A stretch of 64,000 nt of DNA, from NCBI GenBank assembly GCA_023205875.1, contig CP060764.1, positions 558,001 through 622,000 of the forward strand. Reading direction: 5' to 3'. The notes below the pieces were generated by a model, which was not told the DNA's origin, did no database searches, and worked only from the letters and a program-made list of their open reading frames with translations. Below, in pieces: positions 30,771 to 41,481 of this stretch; position 1 is the stretch's first letter; each line of letters starts with the position of its first letter. A program made the position numbers and the translations under genes. This DNA is from Chloropicon primus (Eukaryota).

Positions 30771-33377
30771 ATGGCGAGGCGGGGGGATACCAAAGTGGAG
30801 TTTGCTGCAAGCACCACGAGGGGTGGTGGCGGCCTGCTGCAGAGGATGAGTTCGACGGCGGGGAGCACTCAGAGGACAAGGAGTGCCCACGCGACGAGAG
30901 TCGTCGCGAAGAGCTCCCTCACGAAGAATTTGCTGGAGAGGGCCCTGAACAACAGTTTCCTCTTCAAGTCGCTCAAGGCGAACGTTATCTCGCAGATTGT
31001 GGCTTCCATGTTCGAGGTGAAGGTGCCCGCGGGCCGGACGATCATCCACGAGGGCGAGGATGGAGACAACTTCTACGTTGTCACGGCAGGAAAGTTCGAT
31101 TGCATCAAAGAAATCAAAGGCCAGCCGGTAAAGTTGCTCGAGATGCTACCAGGCATGTGCTTTGGGGAGCTGGCTTTGCTTTACAACACCGCGAGAGCGG
31201 CAAGCATCTGCGCCACGACCGACTCCACTGTCTGGGCGCTGGACAGGGAGTCTTTCAACATGACGGTCGTATACCACTCGGAGGAGACTCGTGCGGCCCA
31301 GATTCTGCGTTCCTCCCAGTTCTTCTCCTCGCTCAACGAGCACGAGCTGACGGTCCTTATTCACCAGACCGAGAGGAAGATCTACAAGACGACGCCGCCG
31401 GGCGAGCAGGGCGAGATCATCCTGGAGAAGGGCAAGAGCTGCGAATGCTTGCGCATTCTGATGGAAGGGGAGGTCACCGTCACCCACCTCATCAACAAGA
31501 CTGAGCCAGTGAGCAGGACTTTGGGGCCCGGGCAGGTCTTCGGGGTGGTGGAGGCGGTGAGGAACCAGACCGTGGACGCGAACGTGTACGCCACCGGAAA
31601 GACGAGCTCGGGCACGACCGTGCTCAAGGTGCCGAAGCAGGTGTTTGAGGACGTCAAGGGGAAGCTCTCGAAGCAGATTATGGACGCTGCGATTGTGCAG
31701 TACCTGGCGAGGTCGCCCATCACAAAGGCCCTGAACCAGGAGGGCCTGCTGTCCCTCTGCCCCCTCTTCGTGAGGGAGAAGCTCCGGCCCTACTTCCAGC
31801 CCTTCCCGAACGGGATGACCAAGGAGATCAGCATCTTGGACGAGGGCTCGGTGTCGTACAAGGGGAAGACCCTCTCCACTCCCGGGAAAATCTTCGGAGA
31901 GGAGGTCCTGAACGGCCAGTACAGGGTGCCTTGCATCACGACGGGTGAGAACGGGGCGTCCATGTTCGTGCTCAAGGCCGAGAAGATGAACGAGGTCAGG
32001 AACCAGATCGAAAAGTCCAAAATGCTTGCCACGCTCAAGACGGTGCAACTTTTCATCTCACTCTCCCAGTCGGAGCTCGAGGCCCTGGCGGACGCTATGC
32101 AGGCCTACGACTTCAGGAGGGACGAGATTCTGATCAAGCAGGGGGACCCTGGTGACAATTTCTACATCTTGTGCTTCGGGGAGCTCGTGGTCCTGAAGAC
32201 CCAGGACGACGGCCGGGTGGACGAGCTCATGAGGCTCAAGGAGGGCTGCTTCGGCGAGCGTGCCCTGCTGGAGAACAAGCCGAGGGCGGCGACGATCAAG
32301 GCGGTGACGAACGGCAGGGTTTATACCATCGCCAAGGAGGCCTTTGAGGAGCACCTGGGAAGCTTGAGCGAGCTCATGGCCCTTTACACCCAGGAAGTGG
32401 AGCGCCAGCAAATGAACGAAAAGATTCAGTTCAACGACTTGCAGGCCATGAAGACGATCGGGGTGGGCTCGTTTGGAAGGGTCCGGCTGGTGTACCACAG
32501 CCTGACCAACGAGATCTACGGAATGAAGTCCCTCTCGAAGAAGCTCATCGTCAGGTACCGGCAGGAGAACCACATGAGGAACGAGAGGCTTCTGTTGAAC
32601 AAGATCTCCCACCCCTTTTGCAGCAGGCTGATCAAGTCTTTCAACCAGGGGTCCCACGTGCATCTCGTCACGGAGTACTCCCTCGGGGGAGAGCTCTTCC
32701 ACCTCCTGGACAGGCAGGAGGACGGGCACTTCGAGGAGTCCCAGGCAAAATTCTACGCCGCTTGCGTCATTCTGGTGCTGGAGCACCTGCACTCCAAGGG
32801 AATCATCTACCGTGACCTCAAGCCGGAGAACTTGATGCTCGACACGGAGGGCTACATCAAGGTCATTGACTTTGGGTTCTCCAAGGAGATCGACGGGTAC
32901 ACGTACACGGTTTGCGGCACCCCTGACTACATCGCGCCGGAGATCATCACCATGCAGGGCCACACCAAGGCCGTGGACTACTGGTCGCTTGGGGTGCTGA
33001 TTTACGAGATGATCCTGGGCGTGCCGCCTTTTGGCACCACGAACGAGTCCGAGCAGCAAGTGTACAACAACATCTTGGACAACAACTACCACATACCGGA
33101 GGACATCTCCGCGGATGCCGCGGATTTGATCTCGAGGCTCCTGCTGAACGACCCAAACAGGCGTCTTGGAATGCAGAGGAAGGGAATTCGTGACGTGAAG
33201 GAGCACTCTTGGTTCAGGGACATCGACTTCATCAAGCTGGAGAGGAAGAAGGTCACTCCCCCCTACAGACCACAGAACTTTGAGGAGTTCGACGCTTCGT
33301 ATTTTGACAGGTACGACGACGCGGAGGACTCCTCCGCCGCCCCGTTCACCAGCGGAACCTGGGACGATTGCTTCTGA
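30771..33377 (+). CDS. Cyclic-nucleotide-dependent protein kinase (PKG-like architecture: several cNMP domains + AGC kinase)
   Basis: GDNFYVV...FGELALLYNTARAAS and GDNFYIL...FGERALLENKPRAAT; kinase GVGSFGRV, YRDLKPEN, DFGFSK, CGTPDYIAPE; C-terminal SGTWDDCF. Confidence 0.93.
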   Translation: MARRGDTKVEFAASTTRGGGGLLQRMSSTAGSTQRTRSAHATRVVAKSSLTKNLLERALNNSFLFKSLKANVISQIVASMFEVKVPAGRTIIHEGEDGDNFYVVTAGKFDCIKEIKGQPVKLLEMLPGMCFGELALLYNTARAASICATTDSTVWALDRESFNMTVVYHSEETRAAQILRSSQFFSSLNEHELTVLIHQTERKIYKTTPPGEQGEIILEKGKSCECLRILMEGEVTVTHLINKTEPVSRTLGPGQVFGVVEAVRNQTVDANVYATGKTSSGTTVLKVPKQVFEDVKGKLSKQIMDAAIVQYLARSPITKALNQEGLLSLCPLFVREKLRPYFQPFPNGMTKEISILDEGSVSYKGKTLSTPGKIFGEEVLNGQYRVPCITTGENGASMFVLKAEKMNEVRNQIEKSKMLATLKTVQLFISLSQSELEALADAMQAYDFRRDEILIKQGDPGDNFYILCFGELVVLKTQDDGRVDELMRLKEGCFGERALLENKPRAATIKAVTNGRVYTIAKEAFEEHLGSLSELMALYTQEVERQQMNEKIQFNDLQAMKTIGVGSFGRVRLVYHSLTNEIYGMKSLSKKLIVRYRQENHMRNERLLLNKISHPFCSRLIKSFNQGSHVHLVTEYSLGGELFHLLDRQEDGHFEESQAKFYAACVILVLEHLHSKGIIYRDLKPENLMLDTEGYIKVIDFGFSKEIDGYTYTVCGTPDYIAPEIITMQGHTKAVDYWSLGVLIYEMILGVPPFGTTNESEQQVYNNILDNNYHIPEDISADAADLISRLLLNDPNRRLGMQRKGIRDVKEHSWFRDIDFIKLERKKVTPPYRPQNFEEFDASYFDRYDDAEDSSAAPFTSGTWDDCF

Positions 33378-33521
33378 CCAGAGCGGCTGGTCGCAACAAG
33401 CTGCAGCGTGCTGTACAAAATATTGTTTCATACACTCTTGATGCTGCGGAAAACACACACAAAAAAAAGACGTTTATATTCTTTTTTCCTCTCTTCCCCC
33501 CCCCCTCTCTCTCTCCCTCTC

Positions 33522-34447
33522 TCACGACTTTTTGGTGATCTCGCCCTCGCCGTAGAGGCACAGCAAGTCCTCCCTGAAGCCGTACTCGAGCGCCGCGGAC
33601 ACGAAGGCGAAGAGGAGGAGGCTCTGGATGCCGTGCACGATGTTCTCGCCGCTCAGTGCGACGCCCAGAACCTCGCCGATGGTGGAGGTCTCCCTGTGAC
33701 CCGGGTTCAGCGTCGAGAGCCCCCTCGTGAGGGCGAACGCGAGAACGACCCCCGACTTGAGCTGCGTGTTCTCCACGTCATTGGTCACGGCGTACCTGTA
33801 CGTGAGCGCAAAGAGGGCACTGCTTGCGACTGCGGAGCCGAGCGACAGGATGTCAAAGTCCAAAAGCAGAAGGGGGAGGCTGAAGAGGGCGCCAGCTCCC
33901 GCACCCGCGACCGCGCACTTTAGCGACTCTATCCTCTCGGTGCTCTCCTTCAGCAGGGCCACCAGGTCCTCCTGCTGGGCGCCCACGCTGTCGAGGTCCT
34001 CCTTGGCCTTCTCCACCTCCGCGAGCCTGTCCTGAAGCTCCTCGATGGATTCCGCACGGAGCTTTCCCATCCGCCTCCTCTCGGCCTGAAGGGCCGGCGA
34101 GTCCTCTGGTATGGCTTCCCTCGCCGCTTTCAGCTCCATAACGTCCCGCATCGCCTTGTTCAGCTTCTCCCCCCTTTCGCTCTTCATCAGGCGCTCCACG
34201 GCGGACCTCGCCTCCAGGTTGTCGTCGCCATTCTCGTCCTCCCGACTCGACCCTGCGACCACAACGTCCCGACCCCTCCCGCACGAGGCCCCGTCCTCAG
34301 CCTCCCTCCTGAGCCTCGCAGCCCTCGCCCACGCCTGCCTCCCCCCGAGAAATCCCACGCCCCTCGCTGTGCAAACCACCCGAGACTCCGCCGCCCTCCC
34401 CCTCGTCCCCCCCCTTCCTCCCCCCTTCCTCCCCCCCCCCCCTCCAT
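33522..34447 (-). CDS. Conserved hypothetical membrane protein, probably plastid-targeted (coiled coil + TM helices); start ambiguous because of a G12 run
   Basis: ERIESLKCAVAGA...ALFALTYRYAV...NTQLKSGVVLAFALTRGL resembles, from memory, a plant/cyanobacterial uncharacterised family. The first in-frame ATG is internal (MKSERG). Confidence 0.6.
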
Positions 34448-34640
34448 CCCTCTTCTGCCGTGCCAGCCCTCTCCCCCCTCCTCTCCCGCCTTTCGCCGAC
34501 GACTCCGCGCGCCAAACCCCGTCACGATGCAGACGGTCGCCCAGCGCGGGGAACGGAAACGGAAGAGGAGAGGAGAGAGCCTTTGCTTTAGCGATGGCGG
34601 CGGCGTTGCCATCACCAACTCCGTCGTAACTAGGAGGAGA

Positions 34641-34680
<40 letters not shown>

Positions 34681-34716
34681 CGCTCCGTTAGGTACTGGCG
34701 TTGTGTGTTGGCCAGG

Positions 34717-36165
34717 ATGAGCGCGAGTGTTGGCGAGGAGGGGAGGGGCGATGCCGTGGTCGTGGAGGAAAGGGTGCTGGCCACCGTGAAGGCCAAGGAC
34801 TTGCGTTGGCTCGTGGGCGAGCGGAAGAAGAAGAAGAAGAGAGGTGGTGGTGGTGGTGTTGAGGAGGAGGAAGAGGAGGAGGAGTGGAGGATCGCGTTTG
34901 CAGGTGGGGGGAAGGACGACGAGAAGCTCGTGGTGGCGTTGGCCTTCGGCTCCAGGCTCTCTTGCGTGGCGTTCGAGAGGCGTCGGGGGGGCGGAGCCTT
35001 CGAGCTGACGGACAAGTACGAGCAGAACGCCCCGACGAGGGTAACCGCCCTGGTTTGGACGAGGCTGGACTTCGGGGAGGACGGAGGCGCGTGGTACCTG
35101 GCCCTGGGGGGAAGGGACGGCACCTTCAGGCTCCTCGATGAGACCACCCGAGTGGTTGTGCACGAGTCGCGGGCGGATTCCACGGCCGTCCTGTCGATTC
35201 AGGCGCACAACCTCGCCATGGGTCTGCGGAGAGACTTGCAAGGTGTCACCTCCCAGGGGCTGACCTTGGTCTTCGAGGGCGCCGTGTCCCTCGTGCAGCT
35301 GGAGGACTTGATCCGAATCCACCAGGACCACAAGAGGCGGCCGAAGAGGCCGGGAAAGGGTCTCCGCAGGGGCAGCAGGGACGGGGCGGCGGACTTTGCC
35401 AAGTTCAACCTGGCCACCGCGACGGCGGGCGCGTGCGATGCCGTGGCCCTTGGGTGCGCCAACCTCCCCCTCCAGGAGCAGCTCCTCGGCTCTGGCGGCG
35501 ATGGCGCCGACGGGAAGCGGAGGAGGGTGAGGATCGTGGTCGCCGGAGCGGACCCCGCCCTCTCTTGCGTCCACGTCGACACCAGGGGCGCCGACGCGTT
35601 GAGCTTGGGAATGTCGCTTCTGTCCACCGCGCTGGATTGGGCGCCGAGCCTGCCCCTCCTCGGGAGGCTGAAGAAGAAGGTGGCGACCAGCACGACGAAG
35701 AAGGAGGACGAGGGCGCCTCGCCGATCTCCTCCAAGGTTCCCTTCGTCGATCCCACCAGGCAGGTGCACTCCCTTCGGCTCGCTCCGAACTTTCCTCTCG
35801 TGGCGTGCTGCGACGCTCTGGGCAGAGTCCTCGTGCTCGACGCCGCGAATTTCCTCGTGTCCCGCGTGTTCAAGGGGTACAGAGATGCCCAGACGGCGTG
35901 GCTCTGGTGCGAGGGCACCCTCCTGCTGGCCATCCTGGCGCCCAAGAGGCTTCGTTTGGAGGTGTGGGACTACTTTCGAGGGAGGAAGGCGAAGCATTTT
36001 GATTGCAGCCCGAGGGACAGGCTCGCCAGGCCCCCTTGCACCATAGTCGCCAGCTTGGAGAGCCAGGCGGTCGCAGGTGGTCAGGGCGAAGCCGTCAGGG
36101 CGTCCTTCACGGACGAGGGGGACCTCTTGCTCACGGGAATCGGGGGAGCCGCTCGCGTATTATGA
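34717..36165 (+). CDS. Rab3-GAP non-catalytic subunit N-terminal-domain protein
   Basis: DPTRQVHSLRLAP..LVACCDALGRVLVLD...RVFKGYRDAQTAW...LAILAPKR.RLEVW matches the RAB3GAP2 N-terminal domain signature. Confidence 0.8.
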   Translation: MSASVGEEGRGDAVVVEERVLATVKAKDLRWLVGERKKKKKRGGGGGVEEEEEEEEWRIAFAGGGKDDEKLVVALAFGSRLSCVAFERRRGGGAFELTDKYEQNAPTRVTALVWTRLDFGEDGGAWYLALGGRDGTFRLLDETTRVVVHESRADSTAVLSIQAHNLAMGLRRDLQGVTSQGLTLVFEGAVSLVQLEDLIRIHQDHKRRPKRPGKGLRRGSRDGAADFAKFNLATATAGACDAVALGCANLPLQEQLLGSGGDGADGKRRRVRIVVAGADPALSCVHVDTRGADALSLGMSLLSTALDWAPSLPLLGRLKKKVATSTTKKEDEGASPISSKVPFVDPTRQVHSLRLAPNFPLVACCDALGRVLVLDAANFLVSRVFKGYRDAQTAWLWCEGTLLLAILAPKRLRLEVWDYFRGRKAKHFDCSPRDRLARPPCTIVASLESQAVAGGQGEAVRASFTDEGDLLLTGIGGAARVL

Positions 36166-36294
36166 GTTCGATGATCGGTCCTGTGTGTGTGCGTGTGCGT
36201 GTGTGTGTGTGAAACTAGTTGTTGTACAAAGACTAATGGGTAATAATGTATCATATGTAAGGAGTCGTGTACCGATAGACAGACAGTTTTTAGC

Positions 36295-37029
36295 TCAGGT
36301 GAGCTGCAGCTGCGTGCAGAGGAACGAATGCAGGTCCACGAGCTCGTCCTCCGACCTCAGCGAATGGCCGAGCCCCGGATAGGATCTCCAGCTGACGTCC
36401 AGGCCAAGCTCCTCTAGCTTCCTCGAGGTGCTCTGGCCCCAGGAGGGAAGCACAAAGTCGTCGTCCGCGCCGTGCGCCATCCAGAACCTTGGACGCTGAT
36501 CCCCCTTCGAGCTGCTTCCCTCGAGCTTCTCAAATACTTTCGCCTCGTCGCAAAGGTACGAACTCATGCTGAAGACGCCAGCAAGGTCGTGCTTCGTTCT
36601 TAATCCCAGCTGGAGGGCGAGCCCCCCTCCCATGCTGAAGCCTCCGACGGCAATCTTGGACGCCTTAATGCCGGAGGCAACCAACTCGTCCAAGAGTCCC
36701 TCGATCTGCTCCACGCTCCTCTCCACAGTCTCCGTCTGCTCCGGGCTCGATGGCTCCATCCCGAGCCTGTCGAACCACACCGACTCCACGCACCCCGCCA
36801 AGGTGTACCTTATCGGTCTCGCCGAAGGGAACGCCGTCCGCACGCCCTTCTCGTGCAAGGACCTCACCATCCTCTCTCCCCTCAAACCATACTCAAAGTT
36901 TTTTCCCGTGTCCCCGCTCCCGTGCAGGAAGACCACCGCACCCTTCGCCGAACACAACGACGACGACGACGACGACGCTCCCCTCTTCATCGCTCTCGTC
37001 AATGGATGACTCGCCACCGCCCTCCTCAT
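36295..37029 (-). CDS. Lysophospholipase-like / acyl-protein thioesterase (alpha/beta hydrolase)
   Basis: FLHGSGDTG, WFDR, nucleophile GGFSMGG, HGADDDFV, YPGLGH. Confidence 0.9.
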   Translation of the reverse strand: MRRAVASHPLTRAMKRGASSSSSSLCSAKGAVVFLHGSGDTGKNFEYGLRGERMVRSLHEKGVRTAFPSARPIRYTLAGCVESVWFDRLGMEPSSPEQTETVERSVEQIEGLLDELVASGIKASKIAVGGFSMGGGLALQLGLRTKHDLAGVFSMSSYLCDEAKVFEKLEGSSSKGDQRPRFWMAHGADDDFVLPSWGQSTSRKLEELGLDVSWRSYPGLGHSLRSEDELVDLHSFLCTQLQLT

Positions 37030-37443
37030 CAGGCGCCGCGCGCAGCAGCTTCAGTCCGATCGATCATAACGGGCCAGCGGCGAGGCGGAGGAGAGAGAGA
37101 GAGGACGGGTGGGACGACGAGGAGTGGGACGGAGGAGGGCAGGTGGAAGCGTCGCCTTCTCGTGATCCTTCTCGAGAGAGAGAGTGGGACGTCGCGCGCT
37201 CGAAACAAGCGACGAGAAAGGAGCTGCGATCGATCGATCGGCTCGGCTTTGGCTTTCGTGCGTGCGTGCGTGCGTTAAGGGTGACGAGAGAGGAAGCGAT
37301 CGGTGCATGCGGCGTGGCCTCTGCCCGGCAGGAGATCTCGCGGTCTTCTACGCCTTTGCGATCGAGAGACGGTTCCGAAGCGGCGAGTTCGAGCTTGAGG
37401 TGGAGGAAGGCGATCGAAGACTCAAGAGTCCGCGTGAGGGAGG

Positions 37444-38127
37444 ATGGAGAAGGGGGAAGGAGGGGCGAGGGGCGAGGACGTGGCCGTCGCGGAGGAGGAC
37501 AGCAGGGGGATGGCCTTGAGCCGAATGAGCCCCGTGAGCCTACGTGACGTGTTCCTGGAGCAGCAGAGGGAGATCAGGAACGCGGAGGACCGGGTCATGC
37601 AGCTCCAGTGCACGTACAACGAGGAGAAGGTGAGGATGCAGAAGGTCACCGAGGAGTACAACTTGCTCAAGGCGGAGACGGAGAGGAACAACCAGAGGCT
37701 GATCGAGGTGACGGAGGAGACCCTGCAGCTGCAGAAGGAGTTCCAGGGCCTGTGCCGCGAGATCGAGGACCTCAACTGCAGCAAGCTTCACCTCTCGAGC
37801 CAGATGAGGCTGCTCAAGCAGGAGTACGGCCAAGTCAAGTACTGCTTCGCGACCGAGGGGGAGGACTTTGAGATCGCGCTCAAGGCCTTGGAGGGCGCCA
37901 ACGCGGAGATCGAGGACTACAACAGGACGTGGGGGGAGTGCGAGCTGGTGAGGGAGCTCAAGAGCAGGGCCGACGAGTTCACCACCAGCTTGAAGCCTCC
38001 CCAGGGCGGGGGTGGTGAAGCGGCGGGGGGGCGCGTCGATTGGGGCCTGGATGACGTCGCGGCCAGCGTGATCGATCGCGTGGGCTCCCTCCGGGACACC
38101 GGCAAGAAAAAACTTCTGAAAAAATAA
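37444..38127 (+). CDS. Hypothetical coiled-coil protein
   Basis: 227-aa ORF with strong GC3 codon bias and an E/Q/L heptad pattern; no family recognised. Confidence 0.6.
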   Translation: MEKGEGGARGEDVAVAEEDSRGMALSRMSPVSLRDVFLEQQREIRNAEDRVMQLQCTYNEEKVRMQKVTEEYNLLKAETERNNQRLIEVTEETLQLQKEFQGLCREIEDLNCSKLHLSSQMRLLKQEYGQVKYCFATEGEDFEIALKALEGANAEIEDYNRTWGECELVRELKSRADEFTTSLKPPQGGGGEAAGGRVDWGLDDVAASVIDRVGSLRDTGKKKLLKK

Positions 38128-38171
38128 AACCACCAAATTAGAGCGCTGCTTGCTTCTTGCTCTTCTTCTTC

Positions 38172-39353
38172 TTAGAGTCCAGACTTCCTTTCCTCCATGC
38201 CTTTGAACAACACTTTGACTCCGTTCTCTCGGTACTCCTCCCCCTCCCTCCTGATGCGGTTCCCGTCCGCGTCGATGCGCTTCCCAGGCGCGAGCTTCAG
38301 CTGTGGGAACGCCAAGCCCGCGAGAAATTTCAGCAAGTCCACGCTCAAGATCCTCTGCAGGATCCTCGGCGTGTCCAGGTACTGGATGTTGGCGCCCGTG
38401 TCTGTCGTGGCGGCGATCGGGAGGACCTTCTCGATCAGCTCCTCGCCCACCTGCTCGGGCTCGTCGGCCAGAATGTCGAAGAACTTCCTCTCGTTCGGAG
38501 TGGCGTCCGACAGGAGCATGTCCGTGAAGACCATTCCCGGCGACATCGTGTGCAAGGAGACGTTTTCCACGCCCCCGTACTTGTCCATCTCCTTCAGGAT
38601 GGACTGGGTGAATTGTGGCATGCCCCTCTTGGTCGCGCCGTAGGCGGACCAGCCCGGCGTGGCCTCGCCCTTCACTCCGCTGCCGGTCACGTTGAAGATG
38701 TGCGCCCTCCGGCCGTTCTTCTGCACCTTCATCACGTTGATGGCCGCCCTGGTGCACAGAAGGACCCCCATGAGGTTGCACCCCACCACGCCCGCCAAGT
38801 TCTCCGGAGTCTGCTCCCACAACGGGATCTTTCCCCCGTTTCGACCGGCGTTGTTGATCCAGATGTCCACGTCCCCGAGCTTGTCCTGGGCGAAGGACGC
38901 GAGGGAGTCCACGGAAGAGGAGTCCCCGACGTCGCACACCGTCGCGTACGCCGAGCCGCTCCCGTACAGGGCGTTCAGCGCCTCCTCCGCGGCCCGGATC
39001 CTCCCCTCGTCGATGTCACAGATAACCACCGAGAAGCCCCTCTTGGCGAGGGCGTCCGCGAGAGCGAAGCCCACCCCCCCGGCGGCTCCCGTCACCAACG
39101 CCGTCTTCCTCCCGAGGCTCCTCCAGTACGCCTCCGAGTCCGTCTGCACCGCCTCGCTCTGGGCGACCTGCAGCCTCCCTCCCCTTCTCCTCCTCCTCAG
39201 GGTAAGGGTAAAGGTGGCAGCACTCTTCCCAGCTCCGGAGGCGCAGGGCTTGGCATTCCTCGCATGCCTCCTCGTTCCGGCCCGACTCTGCCCGTGCCAC
39301 CTCGCCCCGCACCCAGCCCTCCCTCCCTTCACCCCGCTCGCCGTCACCCTCAT
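38172..39353 (-). CDS. SDR, chlorophyll b reductase NOL/NYC1-like
   Basis: VTGAAGGVG, DIWINNAG, AYGATKRG, HTMSPGMVFTDMLL, FFDILADEPE; transit peptide. Confidence 0.78.
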   Translation of the reverse strand: MRVTASGVKGGRAGCGARWHGQSRAGTRRHARNAKPCASGAGKSAATFTLTLRRRRRGGRLQVAQSEAVQTDSEAYWRSLGRKTALVTGAAGGVGFALADALAKRGFSVVICDIDEGRIRAAEEALNALYGSGSAYATVCDVGDSSSVDSLASFAQDKLGDVDIWINNAGRNGGKIPLWEQTPENLAGVVGCNLMGVLLCTRAAINVMKVQKNGRRAHIFNVTGSGVKGEATPGWSAYGATKRGMPQFTQSILKEMDKYGGVENVSLHTMSPGMVFTDMLLSDATPNERKFFDILADEPEQVGEELIEKVLPIAATTDTGANIQYLDTPRILQRILSVDLLKFLAGLAFPQLKLAPGKRIDADGNRIRREGEEYRENGVKVLFKGMEERKSGL

Positions 39354-39740
39354 CAGCTCCCTCCCGTCGTCCTCGTCGTCGCCGTGGCTCTCGTCGATTC
39401 GCCAAAAACCGAGATCTTATCCTCTAGGAGCAAGAGCTCTCTTGAAAGTCTGCAAAGCAAAGGACGGGACCGACAGGAGGAGGAGGAGGAGGAGGAGAGG
39501 TCACTGCAATGGGGGGACATTGAAGGTTTGGTGCTGTTTCTGTGTTTGTATTACAGGCAGGCAAACAAGCAAGCATGCGGGCGATGCCCCATTTCAATGA
39601 GGCAGAGCTCGCACCAGTGAGAGAGAGAGAGAGAGTAGATCGAAAGCAATGTGAAGAACAAAACAGCAAGCAAAGCAAGAGGTGTGACATGCACGAGTCG
39701 GTTGGAGAAAAGAATCATCGGCGTCGAATCACGCTCACTC

Positions 39741-40517
39741 CTATCCCTCTCTGAACTCCACGTAGAGTGTATCATTCACTGGAAAATCACGTTCGAAGGA
39801 GATGGGCCCAGCGCGCATGAAGATATCGGCCATCTGGTCCGCCAAGAAGTGCCTTGCCCTCATCAAAGAGTGGCGATCGTGGCCCTCGAAGGAGCTGCCC
39901 CCCGCATTGGCCTCCGCGAGGGCAAGGTTGGGGCGGAAGAGGCCTTCTGGGATGACCTTGGCCTTGGACGACTGGCCGCCCATGGAGAGGGTGATCTCCC
40001 CGTGGGCATTGGTGTGAAAGTGACCATCGCCCTTGGCGTGAGCGTTGTAACCCCTCTCCCTGCCGCCAGAGGAATGGCCACGGGCGCCCTCACGAAGAAG
40101 TTGGGGTCGTTGTCCCGCGCCCTGCGACGCTTCCGCGTAATCCCCCGTCGAGGTCTCCGTGTACCCCTTCTTGTTGTGGGAGACCGCGTGGACCATTCCG
40201 CCGGCCTCGGAGGCGGTGAACGCTGGGGCCGCGGCGGCGTAAGCCATGTGGCCGGTGATCGTCCCCGAGGCGCTCTCGGTCGCCCCGGCGGTTCCGAGGT
40301 CCAGAGAAGCCGAGGCGGCGAAGCCTTCCGGGCTCTTGCTCGAGGCCTCGGCGCCCCCGTACCCGCTCACCGAGGTGTCCGCATGGTAGCGAGGCTTCGT
40401 CCAGGACGGCTTCTTGTAGCCCCTGCTGTGCCTCCTGTAGCCCCACCAGTCGTCCGAGGCGGAGGCCGAGCTCACCGCCAGGAGACCCAACACAATGTAA
40501 GCGAGCGTGGTCCTCAT
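39741..40517 (-). CDS. Orphan secreted Ala/Gly/Ser-rich protein
   Basis: Signal peptide MRTTLAYIVLGLLAVSSASA, then WWGYRRHSRGYKKPSW and a low-complexity A/G/S body; coding-like codon bias. Confidence 0.65.
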   Translation of the reverse strand: MRTTLAYIVLGLLAVSSASASDDWWGYRRHSRGYKKPSWTKPRYHADTSVSGYGGAEASSKSPEGFAASASLDLGTAGATESASGTITGHMAYAAAAPAFTASEAGGMVHAVSHNKKGYTETSTGDYAEASQGAGQRPQLLREGARGHSSGGRERGYNAHAKGDGHFHTNAHGEITLSMGGQSSKAKVIPEGLFRPNLALAEANAGGSSFEGHDRHSLMRARHFLADQMADIFMRAGPISFERDFPVNDTLYVEFREG

Positions 40518-40908
40518 CGCAGATGTCAACTTTTCGTAACGTCGCCCTTGGCGTTTCTTTCTTCTTGGCGAGCGAGCGAGCGAGCGAGCGAAGGCTTCGT
40601 AGTCCGGTCCTCGTGCGACGCGGTCTCGACGATTATGGCGCCCCCACTGGTGCGATCCGTCCCTCTCCCTCGGACGAGGGCGGCTATGGTACCACAGCGC
40701 CATTTGGCAAAATGGCCGCCAAGAAAATATTTTGCCTCTCCATTGCCACTCCATTCCCATGGAGGGGATATTATCAGAGGACGATGGGGTCGGGAGGCCA
40801 CAATTCGATTGGAACCTCGCGCCCGAGAACCAAAAACACCCGACAACGACCCGCCTCTCTTCCTGTCTTCTGACTTTCGTCCAAGCAAGACTTTGAAACA
40901 TCGAGAAG

Positions 40909-41481
40909 ATGATGAACAAGATCACCAGCCTCGCCATCATCGCTGCTCTCTGCGCAGCGGGTGCCTCCGCCACCGGGGAGGGGCACGATGAGCACGAGTA
41001 CGAGTGGAAGAACCGCGCCTCCTCCAAGGCTGGGGGAAGCTCGAAGGCCAGGACGGTTGGGGCGATCTTTGACGTCGTTGCCTTGACCGACAACCATGCC
41101 ACCGCCGATTGCTGGGGGGAGAACTGCGGGGCCCAGGGCAGAGCTGTGTCCGACGCCTTTGCCGCGGATTACTGGGGATCCGAGGCCATTGCCAAGTCCG
41201 ACTCCAGGGCCGGCGCGATGATCGAGGACACCGTGGCCACGGCGGGCGCGGACACCCACGATTCCTCCGATGCCTTGGGACCTCACGCCAGGGCCGTGGC
41301 CAAGACGATGGCCGACGCCAACGCGTACTCGTACCTCTGGAAGAAGGACCACGGAGGAGACAACCCTACCCCACCACCAGAGCACAAGTGGGACCACGGT
41401 GATGATCCAGTTCCTCCACACAAGCCATGGGGCTACAAGCCATGGTCCCGCAAGCCAAAGTGGGGCTGGGCTCACGAGTAG
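40909..41481 (+). CDS. Orphan secreted Ala-rich protein with a His/Lys/Pro/Trp-rich tail
   Basis: Signal peptide MMNKITSLAIIAALCAAGASA; A-x-A-x-A body; tail PPHKPWGYKPWSRKPKWGWAHE. Confidence 0.7.
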   Translation: MMNKITSLAIIAALCAAGASATGEGHDEHEYEWKNRASSKAGGSSKARTVGAIFDVVALTDNHATADCWGENCGAQGRAVSDAFAADYWGSEAIAKSDSRAGAMIEDTVATAGADTHDSSDALGPHARAVAKTMADANAYSYLWKKDHGGDNPTPPPEHKWDHGDDPVPPHKPWGYKPWSRKPKWGWAHE

